A stretch of DNA of 64,000 nucleotides, taken from assembly GCF_009914755.1 (NCBI RefSeq), contig NC_060926.1, one strand, 5' to 3'. Position 1 is the first letter of the stretch. The number at the start of each line of letters is the position of its first letter. This DNA comes from the human T2T-CHM13v2.0 reference genome, Homo sapiens. The notes under the pieces are model-generated. The model was not told the origin of the DNA. It searched no databases and saw only the letters and a list, made by a program, of their open reading frames with translations. A program made the position numbers and the translations under genes. Of the stretch, positions 54,195 through 64,000 are shown one piece after another.

Positions 54195-55625
54195 CATGAC
54201 ATTGCTTAAAGAAAGTAGTTGTTATGTGTGACTGGTAACCATTTTTTCAAGAGTTAAACATCTGAGCTATCTAAATTCCACTGCAAAGTATGAAAAGCAA
54301 ATTAAGTAATCATGACACAATCACTCAAATCAGAAGAATGAGGAGTGCAGTAGGTTTTTTTTTTTTTAAACGGGTGTGGGTAGGGAAACATCAAACCTGA
54401 TGGTCAAAATTCAGTCAAAATCTCCAGCCATTGAACGTTTTTAGGAGATCAGTGATACCGCATACAGGTGATTGGTTGGGATGATTATCCTTGTGGTACA
54501 ATCGAATTAACATGTATTTGGTTGCCGACTGTTTGCTGGGTAGGACAGAGTGAGTATGGAAGTCTGGGGTGTGGGGAGGGCATTCTAAGTATGTGCTCTG
54601 GGTGTGTCCATGAAGCAGAGCTGTTTTTCTCAACTTTCTGTTCATGAAGCCTGGTTAGTTGGACAGCTGCTGAGGGGTTGAACCAAAGGGTATGACAGTC
54701 AATATGTTTCATCTATGAGACCTAATTTCAATGAATGTTTCAGTGGTATAAGAAGCCATATTCTATGTCATGTCTCCTCTGCTCAGAAGAAAACAGAGAT
54801 ATTGTTAGTTTATTTCCCATGAAGGAAAAGTTTTGATTCCACCTTGAATGTACTTTTGTTTGTTTGTGGAGCTGTTTCCTGTTTTCTCTTATCAAAATAT
54901 TTCAGCTGTAGCTTAACAAATTGAGAGGGTATAGGAGCTTCTGTCCCAACCAAGTCAGATGAGCATGCTTAATCACAGCTTTGAAGCAGATCCACTATTT
55001 TAGCGAATAGAACACTTTTTTAAAAAAGGGAAAAATATTTTTATTCCATTGAGTATCTTTGATTGGAAAAAAATGCACTTAGAATGAATAGCAAGGAAGA
55101 AGCAAAGTTAATATAGCTCTATTATGTAACAACCAAAACAGTTGCCATGTAACATTTCTATGTTTCCTTTTATAAATAATATACATGGTGTTTTTTCTTT
55201 GAATATGCATTTATACCTAAGTCCAGCAGCAGCCAAGCCTTCAAGCCCTAAGGCAGGTCATCGATTTTGGCCCTTTTAAAGAGATTTTACATATCTCTGC
55301 TCAGTGCCATTATGTGTTGATTTCATAGTTTAACGGTTACAGAGTGTGTCTATTTCTCTAATTCCCGTTTAGTGTCTGTGTGCATATATTTCTCTATTTC
55401 CTATTTCTTCGCTTTGTTAGGGGCTCAGGGTGGATAGTTTACTTTTACCCTCACGGACCACCTGTACATGTGAAATCAAATTCTGAGAAAATATATTCTA
55501 GCTCCTCCAAAGCTACATATGAAAATGTTTTATTATTGGAAACTGAATATATTTCAGTTTTCTAGCAAATATAGCTTTGGGGGCTTGAAAGTTGAGGTCT
55601 TTTTTCCTCCTGTTTCTTTCTACAG

Positions 55626-55700
55626 AGCAGTCAATAGTATTGAACAAGAAAAAGCTGCATGACTTTTAGACCAGAGGAGTGAGGACAGCACTTAGAGGAG
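55626..55700 (+). other. Candidate non-coding exon (speculative)
   Basis: Acceptor TTTTTTCCTCCTGTTTCTTTCTACAG| and donor GAG|GTAAGA, 75 nt; stops in all three frames. Confidence 0.25.
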
Positions 55701-56870
55701 GTAAGAGAGTTCATCACGCGTTCTACATTGAGCTGACAGCAATGTACCTAGTGCATCCAATTAACTAATCTTTAATTTTTGTACCAGGCACACAGCCAAC
55801 ACGTCCAGTTAACCAGGATAAATGATTTAAAAGAACTTTGTAAAAATGCTGAACATAATTTGCTATCACCAAATATAGGAATCTCTGAAGCCAGCTGTCT
55901 TGCTCATATGAAATGCAATGACAAGATCCAAATTGTGAGAAAAGGAATCCAACTTGGTTGGAACAGGAAAGAAACAAAAACAAAGAACCTCTGGCCCAGA
56001 GTCATTTCTGTTTGGAAAAATTTCTGAAGATTAAACTTAGGCCCTGAGTGCACCTAACAGTGCAATCTGCAGGCTGCCAACGCGTAGCCGTGGAACTAAA
56101 TCCAGCAGCTCAAGGTGAGAGAAAATTAAGTGGATAGAGTCTACCTCCTTAAGATACTCTTCTTATCAGAGCTTCCTGAGACCTTCCAGAGTGATGAGTT
56201 CCAAATTACGTACAGCCATAGGAAAATAAATATTTGGCCAGCTGTAGACATTGGATTTACTTATCTGTAGCCTATTTCTAGCTTCAGAACAATTTCTACT
56301 TCTACCTTATAATCCACCACAGCCCAGGAGTTTAAGGATCTTTCATTAAAGTATCTTCACGTAGTTTATTTTTTGAAACAAAAATTACCACTAAGAAAAT
56401 ATTTTTTAAAAATACTCTCCAATTATACATAGTGTACATGTGTATGTGTATAAATACATAACATATATTTTACTTTCACACAGAGGTTAAAATCAAGTCA
56501 GTGCCCTGGTCTACTCCCTATGTGGAAAGTTCAGAGAGAAGGGTCTGAACATGGCTTTTTCCTAAGTTTGTTATATTCCTTGGAACATGTTTCACAGGAT
56601 GTTACTTAGGGCTCCAATTGACTGGACAAAATAATCATTACACATACAGAAAAGAAATTACTAATTTCTTTAATATAAAAATGTATCTTACAAATCAATA
56701 AGAAAAGATAACTCTATAGGAAAATAGGCAAAGGAAATATCCAGGCAGTTCAGGAAGAGGAACAAAAAGCAGGAAATCAACATGTGAAAACATACTCCAC
56801 CTTGCTTGTAGTTTAAAAATTCAAATTCAAATGATGATGAGACAGAAATTTTCACTTCCAGTTGGTACAG

Positions 56871-57172
56871 ATTTTTTCTTTTTTTTTAAGACAGAGTCTC
56901 CCTCAGTCACCCAGGCTGGAGTGCAGCAGCCTAGGATCTTGGCTTACTGCAACCTCCATCTCCCAGGTTCAAGCAATTCTCCTGCCTCAGCCTCCTGAGT
57001 AGCTGCGACTATAGGCACCCCCCACCATGCCCAGCTAATTTTTGTATATTTTCAGTAGCGATGGGGTTTCACCATGTTGGCCAGGGTGGTCTCGAGCTCC
57101 TGACTTCAGGTGATCCATCCACCTGGGCGTCCCAAAGTGCTGGGATTACCAGTGTGAGCCACCGCACTCAGT
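56871..57172 (-). mobile_element. AluS/J
   Basis: Reverse Alu; TSD CAGATTTTT; lies within old L1 fragments. Confidence 0.88.
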
Positions 57173-57739
57173 CAGATTTTTAAAAGAGGTAAAACCAGGA
57201 TAAGATATGAGAAAACAGTCGTTTCATACATTGTTCATAAGTGTATAAATTGATATAATGTTTTGTGTTGGCAATGTTGCAATACTTATTAAAATTGAAC
57301 CCCACATTTTACTTCTACTGTAGAAGTAATTATAGTAGTAACCTATAGAAAACCTTCCCCTAAGTACACAAAGACAAATGTACATGAATGATGTACATAG
57401 TTCCTAACAGCTAAACACTGGAAACAAACCTCTGAAAAGAATTTGGTAGATCTATATGTACTTACACAGAAAGGGTTCCAAGATACAGCAACATGTAAAA
57501 AGAGCAAGTTATAAAAATGATTTAGAAAATGATTCAATTTTTGTTATATGCAGAGGAAAAAAAATCTAGTGTCATATAGACTAAAATATAAATACTAGCT
57601 ATTTCTGGGGGTTGGCATTTTGGAGTACCTTCCATTTCTATCTCATGTTATTTCTGTAATATTTGATCATATACTAAGGGTAAAAGAAAAACAATTTAAA
57701 AAATAACAGTATGAACATCACTTACATAGCTTTCTTGCC

Positions 57740-58040
57740 AACCCCCAGAAATAGCTAGATTAGATTCAGGATCATGTTAAATCTGAAGCTAAACATGAGG
57801 AAACAACAATCAGATAAATCCAGATTGTGTGAGATGCTGCAAGATAGCTAACCTGGACTCCTAAAATGTGTCAATGTCATGAAAAATGAAAAGAGTCATG
57901 GAGACTGTTCTAGATTACAAACAACTAAAGAGACCTGACAATGAAACACAATATGTGATATCTGACTGGATTCTAAATTTAGACACACATGAAAAAACAT
58001 TATAAAGGACCTTCATGGAACACAACTGCATGGGTGACTC
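57740..58040 (+). mobile_element. L1MC/ME 3' UTR fragment
   Basis: CATGAGGAAACAACAATCAGATAAATCCAGATTG...GGAGACTGTTCTAGATTAC. Confidence 0.6.
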
Positions 58041-58514
58041 TACATGACAGAATAGTATTTCTAGGATCATATTTTGGGAAATGCTGGGATAGAAAATGTC
58101 CCTTTAACTGAAGCTTATTGTGACCCTTCATGCTAGATGTTCCTATATTTTTTTTTCTTATTTAATCCTGGTAATTTACAGAAGAAGATGATGATTTTCT
58201 ATCAAACTTAAACTCTAATTATTACTCTGATTGTTGAGAGATGCCAATATATTCATTTCTAGAATATCTTACCTGGTTTATAGATTTTTCAATTAGTGCT
58301 TAGATACCAACTGTAATTTATTATCAAGTTGGGGAATTTCTGAGCTGTAGGGGATCTTAGAGGAATTGTGGGATCAACCCTTATCATTTTACAGATGAGC
58401 AAAGGAACTCCGATGGGCTATGTGACTTACAGATATTTAATTAGGAGAACCGGCTTTGGAAACCTAGCCTCCAAATTCAGTAGTCTTACCATAAAACTAT
58501 TATGATTTACTTAC

Positions 58515-58761
58515 CCTTGCTGAATGCCAGCAGTGGACAAGGCATCATAACGGCCTGCCCTAAGGCACCCTTCTGCCGGAAAGAGGCTCAACACTTGAGG
58601 AGGAATTGCATGACAATCTTCAGGGAGCAAGAGCATCCAACTCCCCGCACTTCTAATCATGCAGGCAGTCTGCCGAGTCCACGTTGCACTAAGGCATGCC
58701 CTTTGCCTGACTTGTTTGTTACATAAGAAAGCACTAGGAGTTCGAGCCAATACTCTTTTTT
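58515..58761 (-). other. Candidate minus-strand exon (speculative)
   Basis: On the - strand: TTTGTCTTTTGTC-polyT-AAAG| acceptor and AGG|GTAAGT donor, 247 nt. Confidence 0.25.
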
Positions 58762-59047
58762 CTTTAAAAAAAAAAAAAAAAGACAAAAGACAAAGCAAAC
58801 TGACTGCTTATGGAAGATGGATCACAAAAGAGTCCTAAGTCCTTTCCTTATCCTCCTAATAAACGTTTCCCTCACAACATATTTCCAGTAGGCCTCAATC
58901 CATCTGGTAGAATGATGGGGGAGATTAAATCATTTGTTCTTTATAAAATGTGTGTAACACTTTCTCAACTACACTAAGACTCCAGATTTATACAACCCTC
59001 ATTTTATATCTCCCTCTGAGAATAACCTCCTGATTTACAGGATTTAA

Positions 59048-59339
<292 letters not shown>

Positions 59340-60739
59340 TTATACCCACTCTTTAGGAGGCCAATGGAATGCCCCCCAATGATGATAGTAAAAGGGTGAC
59401 TTCCCTTGTTGAGGGGGTAGGACAGGCACAGGGCTCTTGAGAGCACAGAGAGCCACAAAGGTGACCAAGACCAAGGTTTGTAGAGGTAAGTCCAAGTCTA
59501 AATAGCTGGAAAAGCACATGCAACCTCAAATCTGGAGACTACCAAGATTGTGGTCGTGAATCGAGGGTTTGGAATTGAATGGAAATGGGTTGGCTGCACA
59601 GACAGGTCAGGGCCAGGCAAGACTGTCTTGGAAAATAGCCCCAGATTCTAGCTGGCATGTGTCGTTTGCCATGTGTGGTTGGCAGGGTCTTGTGTCTCGA
59701 ATTGGCTAATGTGGCCAGGATCAGGTGGGACCAGAAGAGCCACTGCACGATCAGTGAACTACTGTTGAGATCTCCAGGGCCTGAGTTAGGGTCTGGAGTG
59801 AAAACTGGATCCCCACATTCAGGGGGTCAGCAGGGTGTGAGGTCAAAGGTAAACCCATTGTTGGTCTAATAATCAAATTTGACAAATCAAAAGAGGAGTA
59901 AGAATCCAAGCATGAAGCCACGGAGAGCAGGCAGCCCAGGCAGCCAACCTTAGAAGTGTGTAGTGCAGGGCTGGGGTGGAGAGGGGTTGGGAGGATGCCA
60001 GGCCCAAAGAGTAGATGGTACAGCCACTTTTCATCGTGTTCCTGCTGTTCCGAATGGGGACGTATCTGTGTCATTAAAATACCACTGGACATTTGTTTAC
60101 TCTGTTTCTTTGCAATTAACTGAGAGTATGAAGTAGAAAGGAGAAGTTTGCTTATGGGGAGAGTATGTTTGTGTTGACAGGAAGTCCTATGGGAGCCCTT
60201 CAGAGTTTCAAACATGCAGTCATTTTTCTGTGCCGGGGCAGGAAGAAGCAGGGGATATGGCCGAAAGGACTGCTCCTTGATTAGCCATACTGAGTTCTCC
60301 AACTGACTAGTTGGAGATCCATGGATCAGATCAGGTGCTTGCAATTTGGAGAGGGTATGTAAAGTTCCTACACTCAAGTTCTAACAGCTCAGTTCAGACA
60401 CATTTATGCTTAAGCCCCAAGGAAGGGAACCAGGAAGCCCGAGTACTAGAGAAGGCTATGTTCCCAGCATGAAAGCCTGAGAAGACTGAGTGCCAACAGC
60501 ACAGGGAAGAAAGAGAGAGTGAACCCCAAGGGTGCTCCCAGGCCTACTCAGAGAAGAGGGTAGATGGTGGGGTCCAGCTCACAGGATGCCAGTGTGCCCC
60601 TCTTTACCCCACCCTCAACCACAATAGCTCAGCTTTTGTCTGTGTCACATAATGGGTTCTCTGTAACTTTCAATCGGCTTTAGATCACTTGAAAATGACC
60701 ACCCTGTACCAGCAATGCCAAATGCCATCCCCATCTTAG

Positions 60740-61100
60740 CTCTGAGTTGGTTGCCATGTCAGACCCTCTCCTCAAGGGATTTACAATCTCTCTGGAAAGC
60801 CCAGGTTTATGCAATGGCAAAAAGGAGACAACAATATAGGATGGGTCTTAAGTGAATGCTAAGTGATATGTTACAGGCTGCAAGTGACTCAGAGTTAACA
60901 GAAAAAAAGAGATCCATTGGTTGTGGGGTATGGCAGGATATGTCAAAAAGGAAAGAAATTTCTACAAAAAAAAAAGTGGAACTTGAGCTGAGCCTTAAAA
61001 GGAGGAGAAGATTTGAAGAAATGGGGAGGGCATCCCAAGCTTTGGGAAGAGCATGAACAAAGGTGTACAGACAGGAATACTTAAGGCCAGTTTAGGAAAC
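60740..61100 (-). mobile_element. L2 fragment
   Basis: ACTTGAGCTGAGCCTTAAAAGGAGG..AAGAGCATGAACAAAGGTG. Confidence 0.55.
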
Positions 61101-61460
61101 AGTAAATTTAAAAACATATGGATGATTGACAGCATATTCCATTTTTAAAATTACTTATTCAGACTCTATCCTGAGCAAGAACAATTTCCTGTGGTTTATA
61201 AATAGGCCCCAGTTATTTTAGTAGAACTGTAACACTGGTGATCATTCATGAAATGTTCTATGGAGACTTCAGTTTTCCAAGGGCCAGGAGAAAATGTATA
61301 AATGCATAAGAAATGGTCCAGAACATGAAACACCATCGGTAAAACCTAATACAAGGTTGCTGCAGAAACTTTCTTTTCCTAACAAGGTACTTATCTCCTT
61401 CTCCCTTCTTCCCTCCTAGATTTGTTCCAGATTTACTATGCAAAATGCCTAAGGTTTTTG

Positions 61461-61487
61461 AAAGAACTAGAATAGAAATTGGGAGAT
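61461..61487 (+). repeat. 27-bp exact dispersed repeat, copy 1
   Basis: AAAGAACTAGAATAGAAATTGGGAGAT, identical to 63191-63217. Confidence 0.95.
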
Positions 61488-61822
61488 AAAGAAATAGGCA
61501 CAAGAGATGATGTCATTTGTTTAAGCTCACAGGGAAGGCAGTGCCAGGGTTGCAATTCAGGATGCCCATCTCAAGTTTCCTTTAACTGATGATCTTGAAC
61601 ACAGAATTCTACCCGCCTTCATAACCTAAGAAGCCATCAGCATTGTGCAGAATTCCAATTCCCTCAGTTCCTATGATGAGAACCTTCTCACCAGTCTGGT
61701 ATGTTTCATAGGTTGGGGACCCCAATTGCCTATACTTGAGAAACATTCCAATGTATTTGTACATGTTATATGGTGTGCAAAAGAAAGAAAATACTTACAT
61801 TGGTAGTTGTGTAGTTAATTAG

Positions 61823-62217
<395 letters not shown>

Positions 62218-63190
62218 ACAATACTGTTCTATTTTCCAATCTGTTCTGCTGGCATTTGCATCACAATATAGTGTTCATTTTGGCCTAAGAGAGGTTATGA
62301 ATGAACAAATCTATGTTATTTGTATTTTTCATTTGGGTTCCACTAACTATAGACTTAGGGCAAAAATGAACCCATGATTATCCTAACTATTCTACCTCTC
62401 AGTCTTAATTCAGTTGGTAAAAGAGGGAGCCTGAACTTTGCTCACAGCTTTGAGTGATTAAAATTAAATTTCAGTAGCAGCAGAAGCAAACTACCTTATT
62501 ACAAAAACTTTCCTAGGAAAAATACCTAACAGTCAATCCTATCTTATATCTGAAGAGATCACCATTCAGTATCTCCAAAACTATGAAATAACACTACTAA
62601 CTAGTGATTTTACATGTTTAGCAAGCATCTGGAGTTATATGTAAGCCTTTACCGAGATCCCAGCTATCTAAATAAAAATGGATGTTAAGCATCACTCTCA
62701 TCCTTGCAACGAAGTCATTTTATGGTGTCATAAAACCACCAACAGCATTTCTGACTATTCCAATAATCATCCCAAGCACCTCAAAATTCTTAAAATACTG
62801 AAATTGAAAAGGAAACTCTACCCAACTTATCAAATGCAATAACAAATGTGCACAAAAATGTCATTTAGTAGGCAGAATTTGCAGCCAAAGAATATTATTT
62901 TCATACGGTGTTTAAGATTTGCAGAGTTCCTTTTTAGTGACAAAGGTCCTATTTGGTTCAGCCATGCCACATGTGTAAGTTTAACATTTCATGAGGATTT
63001 TCAGAGGAAGAGTGTGAAGGTATTCTTTTTGGCCAGACTGTCTTTTATAGTGATATGATAGCAACATTGGATTATATATTAAACCACCAGCTAATTAGAA
63101 GTTAGGTACACAGCCTAAGAAACCTAAGAAAGCATGTCCTATATATATTTTTTGGTTCTCAACATCCCAACATCTTTATCTCAGGTTATA

Positions 63191-63217
63191 AAAGAACTAG
63201 AATAGAAATTGGGAGAT
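63191..63217 (+). repeat. 27-bp exact dispersed repeat, copy 2
   Basis: Identical to 61461-61487. Confidence 0.95.
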
Positions 63218-63238
63218 TTTTACATTAGACATAAAATT

Positions 63239-63381
63239 GGAGTTGAGTGCAATGTGTGCCCTATAGACCCAGCTACTAGAAAGACTGAGGTGGGAGTTAT
63301 CACTCGAGGCCACGAGTTAGTTCAAGTCCAACCTGGACAATCTAGTGAGACCTCATCTCTGGAAAAAAAAAAAAAAAAAAA
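63239..63381 (+). mobile_element. Old Alu monomer (FLAM_A/FAM-like)
   Basis: CCCAGCTACTAGAAAGACTGAGGTGGGAG...GTGAGACCTCATCTCT-polyA. Confidence 0.75.
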
Positions 63382-63919
63382 GGAAATCAAGTTTTTTTCA
63401 TTTTGATACCAAAAAAAAAAAAAAAAACCGAAAAGAAAAAACCCAAATGAATACGAACACACAAAGACAAAACAAAAAATACCACTTTTCTGAGACGTGG
63501 AAGTTTAGATAGCTTCCGTGCAGCCCTCAGGAAGTAAGATTCAACAGCCTTTCTGAATTTTAGCATTATGTATCTGTGAAGAGTGGCAACAGACACAGGT
63601 GATCAGGAAATACACCTTTCGCTTCTCTAGTATGGCCTCTTTAGGCCTTTCCAAACTGATAGCCCCTCTCAGCACGATTTCCGCTCAATGTGACATGCAA
63701 AGGACTTAGGAGGAGTGGGAGAGGAAGTTTAGTTTTGGAAACATGAGATGCTACATCTACCTCTCGGTTGATTTATGAAGCACAATAGCATATTAAAAGT
63801 ACCTGAAGGCCTAACTTGGTTATCTTAGCATTTCCCAAGCTGAGTTGACCACAAAACCCCATCCCCCGCTAGGCTGGGCACGAGTATTCCATGGGCTACT
63901 TTGGGAAAACACTGTCTGT

Positions 63920-64000
63920 GCAAGAGCGCAGGCTTTTGATCAGACAGGGTACTCAACGCTTTCTTCACCACTTAAGAGCTTTGAGGCTTTGGACAAGTTA
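63920..64000 (+). mobile_element. MIR 5' fragment, runs off the window
   Basis: AAGAGCGCAGGCTTTTGATCAGACAG...CACCACTTA..CTTTGGACAAGTTA. Confidence 0.55.

Noticed and set aside
56651-56671. Short AT-rich hairpins (also 17336-17361, 30665-30700, 5190-5207)
   Set aside because: Stems of 10 bp or less, mostly low-complexity, are expected by chance at this window size
59751-60377. 208-aa minus-strand ORF
   Set aside because: Starts at TTG, has no recognisable domain, and I found no supporting exon structure; consistent with chance

Overview
Primate (most likely human or great-ape) non-coding genomic DNA, intronic or intergenic. It is dense in interspersed repeats: about 25 Alu/FLAM elements including AluY, L1PA and old L1M fragments, L2, MIR, MaLR LTRs (MLT1, MST, THE1), ERV1/ERVL solo LTRs (LTR12, MER39-like, LTR41-like) and hAT MITEs (MER20, MER5, MER63). 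I see no recognisable protein-coding gene, structural RNA gene, CpG island or CRISPR array, and I cannot name the locus. The ORF track is mostly repeat-derived or chance ORFs. Repeat subfamily names come from my recall of consensus sequences and need RepeatMasker/Dfam confirmation; boundaries of old elements are approximate. I found no evidence of a new multi-gene biological system. The most notable unexplained structures are: (1) two independent 'tandem duplication plus fold-back inverted copy' loci (26131-26246, 51879-52019); (2) an orphan 23-nt retro-insertion with an A-rich tail and a perfect 17-bp TSD (37522-37609); (3) an exact 27-bp dispersed repeat (61461 and 63191); (4) a perfect 3x33-bp triplication inside an old LTR; (5) an LTR12 promoter with a weakened polyA signal; and (6) speculative non-coding exons and a TATA promoter in repeat-poor stretches.
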